Of a stretch of DNA of 64,000 nucleotides, positions 29,227 through 37,978 are shown one piece after another. The notes beneath the pieces were generated by a model. The model was not told the DNA's origin. It did no database searches and saw only the letters and a list, made by a program, of their open reading frames with translations. The translations under genes were made by a program, and so were the position numbers. The DNA is from an uncultured Nitrososphaeria archaeon (GTDB lineage Archaea; Thermoproteota; Nitrososphaeria; Geothermarchaeales; JDFR-13), in NCBI GenBank assembly GCA_964529905.1, contig CAZGXJ010000001.1:45054-109053 (forward strand), read 5' to 3'. Positions within the stretch are counted from its first letter, which is position 1. Every line of letters begins with the position of its first letter.

Positions 29227-29332
29227 TGCGGGGGGTGGGATTTGAACCCACGAAGGCCTAAGCCCTACCGGGGGTTAACCCCCCATCGGAGCCTCAGTCC
29301 GACCCCGTTGACCTGGCTAGGGGAACCCCCGC
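29227..29332 (-). tRNA. tRNA-Leu (anticodon GAG) with a ~20-nt insertion (probable non-canonical intron) at the start of the variable arm
   Basis: The reverse complement begins GCGGGGGTTCCCCTAGCCAGGTCAACGGGG. Then come the anticodon arm TCGGA-CTGAGGC-TCCGA, the insertion T[GGGGGGTTAACCCCCGGTAG] and the variable-arm remainder GGC-TTAG-GCC-TTC. It ends with the T-arm and acceptor GTGGG-TTCAAAT-CCCAC-CCCCCGC-A. 106 nt, versus about 86 expected for tRNA-Leu. Confidence 0.8.
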
Positions 29333-29553
29333 ACTATAATAATATGACACATTTTACATCTCATGTTTTATACGATTTAGAATTTAAAGTTTTATTTATT
29401 TTAATTTTAATGGATGCCCCCCGCAATTAAGATGGGGGATATCTTTTGAAATTGATCATATATAAGTATCATTTTTTAGTATATCTGTTGAAAATTATAA
29501 TTTTCATGACTCTCTCACTGGGCTTATCATTTCAGGTAGATTATAATAAGAAG

Positions 29554-30495
29554 ATGGGGAACCCTGATAAAATATATGACGTTATAATTATCGGATCTGG
29601 ACCAGCGGGGCTCTCTGCTGCCATTTATACTATTAGATTTGGCTTGGAGACATTAATGATATCAGGATTCACTTGGGGTGGACAGTTAATGACTACAACA
29701 TTGGTAGAAAATTATCCTGGCTTTCCTGAGGGAATAAATGGTCCAGATTTGATGAGAAGAATGTTAAACCAAGCCATCAGATTTGGAGTAGAATTTGTAG
29801 ATTATGATGCAGAAAAACTTGAGAATAAAGAGGGTATATTTAATGTTTTTGCAGGAGGTAAATGGTATAAGGGTAAAACAGTTATAATAGCTACTGGAGC
29901 TAGATATCGAGAGTTAGGGCTTGAATCAGAAAAGAGATTATTAGGTAGGGGTGTGTCATATTGTGCTGTATGTGATGGGTATTTCTTTAAAGATAAAGAT
30001 GTAGCAGTTGTAGGTGGAGGAGATACGGCGCTGACCGATGCCCTATACCTAGCTGATATTGTAAAAAAAGTATATATCGTACATAGACGTGATAAATTTA
30101 GGGCATCGGACATTTTAGTCGATGAAGTAAGTAAAAGAAACAATATTGAAGTTTTATGGAATAGACAAGTTCTAGATATTCTTGGGGATAAAAGGGTAGA
30201 AGGGTTAAAACTATACAACAAACTAACATCTAAAGAGGAAGTTCTAAAAGTTGACGGTGTATTCATAGCTATTGGTCACATCCCAAATACAGAGCTAGTT
30301 AAAGGTTTGGTAGAGTTAACTGAAAGTGGATATATAAAGACTCACGACTTTGTCAAGACGAATGTCCCAGGGCTATTTGCAGCTGGCGATGTAATGGACC
30401 CAAAATATCAACAAGCAGTTACAGCAGCTGCTTTTGGAGTAATGGCTGCTATAGAGGCTAAAGAATATATAGATAGATTTTGGGTGAAAAGATAA
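29554..30495 (+). CDS. trxB: Thioredoxin-disulfide reductase
   Basis: YDVIIIGSGPAGLSAAIY (FAD), redox-active CAVCDG, VAVVGGGDTALTDALYL (NADPH), and GLFAAGDV. I prefer the ATG at 29554; the track's TTG start at 29446 adds a non-homologous hydrophobic leader. Confidence 0.88.
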   Translation: MGNPDKIYDVIIIGSGPAGLSAAIYTIRFGLETLMISGFTWGGQLMTTTLVENYPGFPEGINGPDLMRRMLNQAIRFGVEFVDYDAEKLENKEGIFNVFAGGKWYKGKTVIIATGARYRELGLESEKRLLGRGVSYCAVCDGYFFKDKDVAVVGGGDTALTDALYLADIVKKVYIVHRRDKFRASDILVDEVSKRNNIEVLWNRQVLDILGDKRVEGLKLYNKLTSKEEVLKVDGVFIAIGHIPNTELVKGLVELTESGYIKTHDFVKTNVPGLFAAGDVMDPKYQQAVTAAAFGVMAAIEAKEYIDRFWVKR

Positions 30496-30518
30496 CCATA
30501 TTAAATGCATTATGAATA

Positions 30519-30941
30519 TTAGAGCTTACTATTTAAAATAAGGAATATTATTAACCCTATAGTAATCCATGAGATAAATCCCAGAAATCCTCTTACTATG
30601 TCTCCAACTACAATATGCTGACCCAATGTAATGAGACCCATTGACAGTCCTAAAAGGGGGATATATTTGATTATTTTCCTTTTTTGGCTCCTTAAAAAAT
30701 CACTCTTCTTAGAACCAGCCTTCAATATTTCATAACCCCTATTCGTAAGTATATAATATATTTTGTCATTTCTCTTTTTTTCAATATACCCGAATTCAAT
30801 CAACTTTTTCAACCTATATTCCACGGCTTGTCTAGAGATTCCCAACTTATATGCCAATTTATCCGGATATCCTTTACCCATTTTAAGGATTAAATTTAAG
30901 ATAATAAGGTAAGAAGGATCTTTTCCTGGATCCTTAGTCAT
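30519..30941 (-). CDS. Membrane-anchored winged-helix transcription-regulator-like protein
   Basis: N-terminal wHTH (LAYKLGISRQAVEYRLKKLIEFGYIEKK...YYILTNRGYE), a basic linker, then two hydrophobic segments (IPLLGLSMGLITLG; FLGFISWITIGLIIFLIL). Confidence 0.55.
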   Translation of the reverse strand: MTKDPGKDPSYLIILNLILKMGKGYPDKLAYKLGISRQAVEYRLKKLIEFGYIEKKRNDKIYYILTNRGYEILKAGSKKSDFLRSQKRKIIKYIPLLGLSMGLITLGQHIVVGDIVRGFLGFISWITIGLIIFLILNSKL

Positions 30942-30988
30942 GCTAATCTAAATTATCTATTATTCTGAAAATAAACTTTAATTTTTCC

Positions 30989-31921
30989 ATGTTTTATCAT
31001 AATAAATGGGATATGACGACTTTTATATCTACAAAATATTATGCTGATAAAGCACTCAGATATGAATTAGATAGGGTTTTTAAAATTGTCCATGTAGATG
31101 TAAAAACCTTTCCAAATTATGAGATTTTAGCTAGAATAGAGCATATAGATAGGGTGGATGGAAAGATCTTTGTTTTCCAAAACTTATTTCCCAATCCCAA
31201 CCAAAACCTTATACTTCTATTCCAGATTTTAGATATACTACGCCACTATAAGAGACTTAATGAGATCTATGTAATAATTCCATATCTATCGTATTCAAGA
31301 CAGGATAAAAGATTTTTACAAGGCGAGGCATTATCTCTAAAGGTTGTATTAGACCATATTTCCTCATACGAAGTAAATGGTATTATCCTCTTTGATGTTC
31401 ATAATATAAAGGCGGTTTTAGACATTTCTAAATCCCCTATCTATCACTTTTCATTACTAGAAGATATAGTTAGAGAAGCCATAAAACTAGAAAAAATAAA
31501 ATTTGACAATAGCATATTAGTGGCTCCAGATATAGGAAGGGAAATAGTGGTTAGAAAGATTGCTAAAAAATTGAATATAGAATCAATTACCATAAAAAAA
31601 TATAGAGACAGAGTAACAGGTGAGGTGAAATTTGATTTTACTTCTAAAGAAGATAGGTTGGATGGTTATAACACTGCTATTATCATTGATGATGAGATTT
31701 CAACAGGTGGAACCATGGCGGGAGTAGCAAAATTCCTTAAAGATATGGGAATCAAAAATATTTACTCAATAGCTACACATTTACTGTTAGTGAACAATGC
31801 AGAACAATTATTGCTAAATAGTGGTGTTAAAAAAATTATGGGTAGTGATACTATAGAAAATAAAAATTCCATTTTGTCGATTTTTAAAATAATACCTGAT
31901 ATTATTAAAACAATTATATAA
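30989..31921 (+). CDS. prs: Ribose-phosphate pyrophosphokinase (PRPP synthetase)
   Basis: IPYLSYSRQDKRF and the PRPP-binding loop AIIIDDEISTGGTM. Confidence 0.85.
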   Translation: MFYHNKWDMTTFISTKYYADKALRYELDRVFKIVHVDVKTFPNYEILARIEHIDRVDGKIFVFQNLFPNPNQNLILLFQILDILRHYKRLNEIYVIIPYLSYSRQDKRFLQGEALSLKVVLDHISSYEVNGIILFDVHNIKAVLDISKSPIYHFSLLEDIVREAIKLEKIKFDNSILVAPDIGREIVVRKIAKKLNIESITIKKYRDRVTGEVKFDFTSKEDRLDGYNTAIIIDDEISTGGTMAGVAKFLKDMGIKNIYSIATHLLLVNNAEQLLLNSGVKKIMGSDTIENKNSILSIFKIIPDIIKTII

Positions 31922-32967
31922 TGAACTCCCTTAAGATTATATGTCACCTCTCCCAAGAATATTTTGACATTTTTAAGGAAGAATCTATTCTACTATTTGA
32001 GACATTCGGATTTAACAAGATAACTGGGGTAACAGTTGAAAAACCTCTTTTAATATTAGATTTGAAGAATTCTTCATTAAAATATTTAACTAAGATATTG
32101 AGATTAGCTCATAGATCATCTTCAATAAAAAGAATCCTTATCCCATATTGGCATGGTAATATCGACGATCTATATAAGGGAAATTTCGATATAGATATTT
32201 CCAAGGTTATAGATCTAGGAATAACCATAAATAGTTTCGCTATTCACATTCATAACTATAGTAATATGCATATAGACAGGGATAGATTAATTGATGAAAT
32301 GTATAACAAAATATCCAATGTTAGTGACGTAACTGTCGATCTTAATAATCCAGATATAATATTAGCACTATATATACTAGGGAGAAATAAAAATTACCTA
32401 GGTATTGAATATCATACTGGAAGAAAGGGTTATGCACAAAGAAGACCGTCAAAAAAACCCGTTTTCACACCATTCTCACTCGATCCGAAACTCAGTAGAT
32501 TATTAATAAATCTCTCTGGTGTTCCTGATAATGGTTTAATTATTGACCCTTTTTGCGGTGTAGCGGGAATTCCATATGAAGCATCTTTAATAGGGATAAA
32601 TTCGATATGTATAGAGCTGAAATGGAAATGGGCATCAGGTGCGATGATAAATCTAAAGAACTTATTGAAAAATAGCTACGTAGATATAATATGTGGAGAC
32701 TCGTTATCTGGCTTTTTTAACATTAGAGAATTTTATGTTGCTACAGACCCACCATATGGAAGAATAACCTCTTTATCAGATAATGTGTATAAGTTATACC
32801 AGGGTTTCATCGAATCATATATATCGAGAGCAAAGGGTTCCGCGTTCTTTTCACCATTTCCACTCGAAAAAGAGATCGATAAATATGATGTCAATTTAAT
32901 AAAAAGCTTCAAAATAGCAGTTCATAAAAATTTAACTAGATATCTATATGTTATTCGAGGGACCTGA
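31921..32967 (+). CDS. THUMP-domain tRNA (guanine-N2) methyltransferase (Trm11/Trm-G10-like)
   Basis: C-terminal methyltransferase motifs LIIDPFCGVAGIPYEASLIG and VATDPPYGR. The N-terminal ~160 aa is compatible with a THUMP module. Confidence 0.72.
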   Translation: MNSLKIICHLSQEYFDIFKEESILLFETFGFNKITGVTVEKPLLILDLKNSSLKYLTKILRLAHRSSSIKRILIPYWHGNIDDLYKGNFDIDISKVIDLGITINSFAIHIHNYSNMHIDRDRLIDEMYNKISNVSDVTVDLNNPDIILALYILGRNKNYLGIEYHTGRKGYAQRRPSKKPVFTPFSLDPKLSRLLINLSGVPDNGLIIDPFCGVAGIPYEASLIGINSICIELKWKWASGAMINLKNLLKNSYVDIICGDSLSGFFNIREFYVATDPPYGRITSLSDNVYKLYQGFIESYISRAKGSAFFSPFPLEKEIDKYDVNLIKSFKIAVHKNLTRYLYVIRGT

Positions 32968-33919
32968 ATTGAATATAGATATCTTCTTTTTAGGGACATC
33001 AGCGGGAGTCCCTACAGTAGAAAGAAATGTTAGTAGTATTCTCATTAGAAGAAAAGGTGAACTAATATTTTTTGATATCGGTGAGGGGACACAAAAACAA
33101 ATATTTAAATTAGGAATTGGATTTGGTAAATCTATAAAGGTATTTTTCACACATATACACGGAGATCACATATTTGGGTTATTCCCCCTCTTACAGACCT
33201 TAACCCTATTTAAAAGGACGAAAAGGTTGGATGTTTTCGCTCCACCCAAATTGATTTATCTAATTAAATATCTGATTGATTATTTGGATATATTGCCACC
33301 CTTTGAAATAGAAATGCATGAGGTATACGATGGGGCTATCTTCCAGTTTAAAGAATATTATGTAGAGGCAATTAAAAATTCACATACCTCATGGTCATTT
33401 TCATATAAGCTTGAGGAGTATGGAAAACCTGGAAAGTTTAACGTAGATAGGGCTGAAAAACTTAGAATTCCTAAAATTTATTGGAAAGATCTTTCAAGAG
33501 GTAGGGACGTAATTCTTGAAAATGGTAAATATATCAGATCTAAAGATTTCTTGATTCCACCACCAATCAAAGGGAGATGTATAGTTATATCAGGTGATAC
33601 TTCACCATTTGAGAGAATAGTTAAATTCGCGGAGAACTGCGACGTTTTAATTCATGAAGCAACGTTCACAGAGGATCTGAAATCAAGAAGTATTGAAACT
33701 CTACACACTACTGCCAAGCAAGCAGCTGAAATCGCATTAAGAAGCAATGCGAAAATTTTAGTTTTGACACATTTTAGTGCGCGGTATGAAGACTTAACGC
33801 CACTTCTATATGAAGCAAGAAAAATCTTTCCTGCTACATTTTTAGCAAGTGATCTATCTCATCTAACAATTCCATATGTGAAACCTCCATCATATAGAAA
33901 ACAAGATCAAACCAATTAG
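32948..33919 (+). CDS. rnz: Ribonuclease Z (tRNA 3' endonuclease)
   Basis: FLGTSAGVPTVERNVSSILI..., the metallo-beta-lactamase motif THIHGDHIFG, and C-terminal ...LVLTHFSARY. Confidence 0.87.
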   Translation: MLFEGPELNIDIFFLGTSAGVPTVERNVSSILIRRKGELIFFDIGEGTQKQIFKLGIGFGKSIKVFFTHIHGDHIFGLFPLLQTLTLFKRTKRLDVFAPPKLIYLIKYLIDYLDILPPFEIEMHEVYDGAIFQFKEYYVEAIKNSHTSWSFSYKLEEYGKPGKFNVDRAEKLRIPKIYWKDLSRGRDVILENGKYIRSKDFLIPPPIKGRCIVISGDTSPFERIVKFAENCDVLIHEATFTEDLKSRSIETLHTTAKQAAEIALRSNAKILVLTHFSARYEDLTPLLYEARKIFPATFLASDLSHLTIPYVKPPSYRKQDQTN

Positions 33920-34368
33920 AACTTAGTTAGATGCCTAATAACCTCCTTAGCATTCTCAATTTTTATTATAACTATAATTTCCCCTCCAGGTGATTCGCCT
34001 GGTTCAGATAATGATAATACCCCTTTATATGCCGCCTGCTTATGGAGATACATTATGATTTCATTCTCGGATGAGTATCTATTCAAATATTTCCTTAATG
34101 TGGCAAGAACCCTTCTATTTCTAAAATGATGAAAGATCCTATAAATGGTATTAGGATTCTCATTATATACAACCAAATATTTTTCATCTCCATACTCCTC
34201 TATGGATATTTCACCGTTGACAACATTAGTTAATGCTTGCCTCACTTTATCCAGATCTTCACATGGAAGAAATGGTGTCTTAGCCTGTATCCAGGCATTT
34301 TCTATTTTACTAGTAATGTCATCAATTTCCCTAGCTTTTTTCCTATAATCTTTCTTTTTCATATACAT
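33916..34368 (-). CDS. UPF0201/COG1931-type predicted RNA-binding protein
   Basis: ...CEDLDKVRQALTNV... and ...YLHKQAAYKGVLSLSEPGESPGGEIIVII resemble the UPF0201 pattern (PTED.eKV; LnKQAAf.G...sPLGpI). Paired with the UPF0200 kinase-like gene, as in other archaea (from memory). Confidence 0.55.
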   Translation of the reverse strand: MYMKKKDYRKKAREIDDITSKIENAWIQAKTPFLPCEDLDKVRQALTNVVNGEISIEEYGDEKYLVVYNENPNTIYRIFHHFRNRRVLATLRKYLNRYSSENEIIMYLHKQAAYKGVLSLSEPGESPGGEIIVIIKIENAKEVIRHLTKF

Positions 34369-34912
34369 CCTCTAAGATGATTCTATATATTTTCCGAGAT
34401 AATTCTTTAAATTCATTAAGAGATATATCTTCATTGAAAATGTAGTAATCAGATCTATCTATAACCTCGTCCAATCCAAAATTTTTCTCTCTCAATTCTC
34501 TTCTTATGAAATCTGAAAAATTCATAATATCATCATGGCGCTTCCTCTTAAGTAACCTTTGATATCTGGTCATCCTTTTAGCTATAATTGCTATCAATAT
34601 TACACTACCTATTTTCTTTAAGATATCTACTTCCCTCATGCTTCTGACTCCATCAACAATTAAAACATTATCTTTTTCTCCAACTAATTTTTTAGCTAGA
34701 AGATGGGCAACAGCATCTTCGCCGAATTTATTTCTCAATTCTTCTGCCATTTTTCCCAGCGTTTCCCTGTTTATCACACCATACTTTTTTAATGTCTCTT
34801 CTCTCACTATATCCCCCATAGTAAAAGTTTTTAAATTAAATTCTTTACCTACAGATGCGAAGACGCTCTTACCCGACCCCGGGTAACCAGTTACACATAT
34901 TAATACCTTCAT
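34343..34912 (-). CDS. P-loop nucleotide kinase-like protein (UPF0200 family)
   Basis: MKVLICVTGYPGSGKSVFA P-loop; 189 aa; adenylate/dephospho-CoA-kinase-like size. Overlaps the UPF0201 gene by 26 nt. Confidence 0.62.
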   Translation of the reverse strand: MKVLICVTGYPGSGKSVFASVGKEFNLKTFTMGDIVREETLKKYGVINRETLGKMAEELRNKFGEDAVAHLLAKKLVGEKDNVLIVDGVRSMREVDILKKIGSVILIAIIAKRMTRYQRLLKRKRHDDIMNFSDFIRRELREKNFGLDEVIDRSDYYIFNEDISLNEFKELSRKIYRIILEDVYEKERL

Positions 34913-34980
34913 ATCTCCTCCCTGCTCATTACCTCGAACTATTTTTTATTTTAACATATGTCAATTTAAAATAATTAAGT

Positions 34981-35526
34981 ATGAGGCTCTTCATAGCTAT
35001 AGATATTGATAACGAAAAATTAGCTAAAGACGTCTATACCTTACAGAACGTAATTAGAAATATTAGAGTAAGAGCCACCTTCCCAAGAGCCGAACATTTA
35101 CACATTACCCTGAAATTCTTAGGAGAGGTCTCTTCTAATATGATTGATGATCTTATAAATAGATTGGAGGGAATAAATCATGGAAAATTCAATATTACAC
35201 TAAGTGGACTTGGAGGATTTCCAGATTTATCCAGACCCAGAGTCATATTCATTGACGTCATTAGATCAGAAAGACTTATTACTCTTCATAGAAAAATTGA
35301 AAATGCTCTACATGGTTTATTTCCAAGAGAGGACAGGCCCTTTCATCCTCACCTAACCATAGCTCGAATAAAGCAATTTATTCATTTAGATAGATCAACT
35401 ATTGAGAAGATGGAGAATATTATAGGTGAATATAAGATATGGGTTGACAAATTCAAACTTAAAAAAAGCGTACTTACGAGTGGAGGACCTATATATGAAG
35501 ATTTAAAAATTTTTACTTTAGATTAG
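34981..35526 (+). CDS. thpR: RNA 2',3'-cyclic phosphodiesterase / 2'-5' RNA ligase (LigT/ThpR, 2H family)
   Basis: Two H-x-T/S-x motifs, HITLKFLG and HLTIAR, at the spacing typical of 2H phosphoesterases; 181 aa. Confidence 0.82.
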   Translation: MRLFIAIDIDNEKLAKDVYTLQNVIRNIRVRATFPRAEHLHITLKFLGEVSSNMIDDLINRLEGINHGKFNITLSGLGGFPDLSRPRVIFIDVIRSERLITLHRKIENALHGLFPREDRPFHPHLTIARIKQFIHLDRSTIEKMENIIGEYKIWVDKFKLKKSVLTSGGPIYEDLKIFTLD

Positions 35527-35527
35527 G

Positions 35528-36925
35528 GTGAAGAGATTGTGGAAAAATAAATATGAAAAGGTTTTGGAAACTATAGAAGAAGAAGTTCTTCCTGATGAAG
35601 AAGAATGGAGAAATGCTTTAAAAAAAGCTGATAATGTTAAGAAGAATATCTACGAGTTAGTCAGAAAAATATATGATATATCATTAGAAGATGTAGTTAT
35701 CCTAGGATCAGTACCTAGATATACATTTCTAAAATCTGATTATGACATTGATATATTCCTAAGATTTAGCGAATATGCGGATCTAAAAAAAGTAGTCGAA
35801 TATCTTTATGAAAAGATACCAGAAAGATTTGGATACAGAGTTAAGCTGAGGTATGCAGATCATCCTTATCTAGAAATATTAGCGGAATCAATGACATTCA
35901 ATATTGTTCCATCGTATAAAACTAAATATCCTAATTGGAAGACTCCAATGGATAGGTCGTATTATCATCATCGCTATTTATTAGAAAAAAATATACAGGA
36001 TAAGTTTAGAGATGTGATCTTTTTGAAAGCCTTCTTCAAAGGGATCGGCGTATATGGTGCCGAAGTCTATGTGGGAGGCTTCTCCGGATACCTTGTTGAG
36101 TTATTGATACTTTACTATGGGAGTTTTCTAAATGCTCTAAAGAATATTGCTAAATGGAGGCCAAATATTGTAATCGATATAGAGAGGTATTATTCAAGTA
36201 GAAAAGAGGCAGTAGACGCTTTTAACAACCATCATTTAATTGTAGTCGATCCAGTTGACCGCTCTAGAAATGTTGCAGCTGCAGTCACTATAAAAGCATT
36301 TTCTAAAGTTATATCAGCCTCAAAAGCTTTTCTACATCATCCTTCCGAGGAATTTTTTAGACCATTGAAACACAAACTGCTTAAATCTGATGAAATAGAG
36401 AAAGTATTGAGTACTATTAATCTAGCAGTTATTCTGTTAAAACATCAGGAAAGAATACCTGACATTCACTTCTCACAACTTGAAAGAATATCTAGGAAAA
36501 TTAGTAATATACTTAGAAATCATAAATATGTAGTTTTAAAAAGATCAATTTACTCAGATTACAAAAGTAAAAGTGTCATTGTATTTATGCTGGAAAATTT
36601 AAATAGACCAGTATTAGAAATTTCTAAAGGTCCTTATCCATATCTGGAATCAGAAACACAGTTCATTACTAAAAATAGAGGAAAAATCCTATGGATAGAC
36701 AGAGATGGAAGATGGTACGTCCTTCGTAAGTCAAAATATCCCAATGTGATAGGATTACTGATGGATATCTTCAAGAAAAACATGATTAAAATTCCAGATG
36801 TTTTTTCCGATTTTGTTTCCATTTATACAGGAAAAGAAGTTTTCGATCTTTTATCCGATCCCGATATTAGAGAATGGATAGAGAACTTCGTATTTGGTGA
36901 TACATTTTGGATAAAATATTACTAA
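35528..36925 (+). CDS. cca: CCA-adding enzyme (archaeal class I tRNA nucleotidyltransferase)
   Basis: GSVPRYTFLKSDYDIDIFLRF (the nucleotidyltransferase G-S...D-x-D motif), ...RYADHPYLE..., and GVYGAEVYVGGFSGYLVELLILYYG. GTG start 1 nt after the thpR stop. Confidence 0.87.
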   Translation: MKRLWKNKYEKVLETIEEEVLPDEEEWRNALKKADNVKKNIYELVRKIYDISLEDVVILGSVPRYTFLKSDYDIDIFLRFSEYADLKKVVEYLYEKIPERFGYRVKLRYADHPYLEILAESMTFNIVPSYKTKYPNWKTPMDRSYYHHRYLLEKNIQDKFRDVIFLKAFFKGIGVYGAEVYVGGFSGYLVELLILYYGSFLNALKNIAKWRPNIVIDIERYYSSRKEAVDAFNNHHLIVVDPVDRSRNVAAAVTIKAFSKVISASKAFLHHPSEEFFRPLKHKLLKSDEIEKVLSTINLAVILLKHQERIPDIHFSQLERISRKISNILRNHKYVVLKRSIYSDYKSKSVIVFMLENLNRPVLEISKGPYPYLESETQFITKNRGKILWIDRDGRWYVLRKSKYPNVIGLLMDIFKKNMIKIPDVFSDFVSIYTGKEVFDLLSDPDIREWIENFVFGDTFWIKYY

Positions 36926-37725
36926 TTAAAGTTGATGAACTAATCGGAATCTCATTAGAAGATGTCATAAAAAATAAAATTTTTAGATCTATATGTAAAG
37001 CGATAACATATCCTAAGTGCAACTTAGAGATATTTAAGAAAAGAGTGAACGCTCTAAAAAAAGTGGGGATAGATTCTTTATTTTTTGAAGGAAGAACACA
37101 GATTGGGAACATCTGTGTATTAGGCAAGGGAACAAACTCAATAGTAATTAAAGCGTTTTACAAAGGAGAAATTACGGTATTAAAAGTATTGAGGCTAGAC
37201 TCACCAAGAAATAATTTAGATATGGAAGCAAGACTATTGAAACTAGTATCTTCAGAATATCGGGATTATAGAATAGTACCAAAAATCTACCTCAATTCAG
37301 ACTGGTATTTAGTTATGGAACATATTTCTGGCAAAAATATAAATGATTTCCTCAACGATGACGTATATATAATGTCAAAAGAAGAAATTAAGAAACTACT
37401 CACAAAAATATTTTTCAAAGCTTATCTACTAGATAGGCTGAGAATCGACCATACAGAATTGTCGAGAGCCAAGTCTCATATTATAATTGAGGAAGATACA
37501 TATGAGCCGCTTTTTATAGATTTTGAATCTGCTAAGATAAAAAGAAAACCGCATAACTTAACATCGGTTGTACAAGCCATATTGATTAGACACCCCTCAT
37601 CTGAATATTTAAGAGATATTCTCTCTGTTAGCCATCATAAAATAATAAAATTTCTAAAAACATATTCTCCAACTATTGAGCAAGAGATTTTCATGTATAG
37701 ACTGGAGAATTTCCTGAAAAATTAA
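36907..37725 (+). CDS. Protein-kinase-like (RIO/Bud32-like fold) protein
   Basis: VLGKGTNSIVIKAFYKGEITVLKV (Gly-loop plus Lys), ...LVMEHISGKNI..., RIDHTELSRAKSHIII, and LFIDFESA (DFG-like). TTG start overlapping the cca 3' end. Confidence 0.5.
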   Translation: MDKILLIKVDELIGISLEDVIKNKIFRSICKAITYPKCNLEIFKKRVNALKKVGIDSLFFEGRTQIGNICVLGKGTNSIVIKAFYKGEITVLKVLRLDSPRNNLDMEARLLKLVSSEYRDYRIVPKIYLNSDWYLVMEHISGKNINDFLNDDVYIMSKEEIKKLLTKIFFKAYLLDRLRIDHTELSRAKSHIIIEEDTYEPLFIDFESAKIKRKPHNLTSVVQAILIRHPSSEYLRDILSVSHHKIIKFLKTYSPTIEQEIFMYRLENFLKN

Positions 37726-37889
37726 ATTTTTAATTCAGAATATGATGACGAATATTAATAACCATTATCCTAAAAATGTACATCACGGTATATGAAGGTA
37801 CACGGGACTTAATTGGAGCATATTATTCCTCTCATTATATCCTGATACAATTTAACAATCCAAAATTAATTCGAAAATATTGAGTTTAA

Positions 37890-37978
37890 TGGGCCCGCCC
37901 GGATTCGAACCGGGGTCCTCCCGCGCGTCAGGCGGGCGTCCTAGCCACATTACATGATAGCCACTAGACCACGGGCCC
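37890..37978 (-). tRNA. tRNA-Val (anticodon GAC) with a 16-nt insertion (non-canonical intron) in the D-loop
   Basis: The reverse complement begins with the acceptor GGGCCCG-TG. The D-arm follows as GTCTAGTGGCTA[TCATGTAATGTGGCTA]GGAC. Then come the anticodon arm G-CCCGC-CTGACGC-GCGGG and the spacer AGGAC, ending with CCCGG-TTCGAAT-CCGGG-CGGGCCC-A. 89 nt = 73 + 16. GTGGCTA is duplicated at both intron borders. Confidence 0.85.

Noticed and set aside
29242-29430. A 62-aa + ORF (MNPRRPKPYRGLTPHRSL...)
   Set aside because: It is read straight through the GC-rich tRNA-Leu gene on the opposite strand, so its Pro/Arg/Gly content is a by-product of tRNA sequence.
29414-29440. A GC hairpin CCCCC-gcaattaagat-GGGGG whose 5' arm (CCCCCCGCA) copies the 3' end of the neighbouring tRNA-Leu; considered as an integrase att remnant or split-tRNA piece
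   Set aside because: Only about 9-10 nt match, in inverted orientation relative to the tRNA. There is no integrase or foreign-looking gene nearby (the next gene is trxB) and no second tRNA half. This is too little evidence.
37742-37855. A C-box-like ATGATGA (37742) and a CTGA (37852) in the spacer before tRNA-Val; considered as a C/D box sRNA
   Set aside because: The boxes are about 105 nt apart. There are no internal D'/C' boxes at guide spacing and no terminal stem. I also scanned the other intergenic spacers by eye and found no convincing C/D sRNA, though a proper snoscan-type search is needed.
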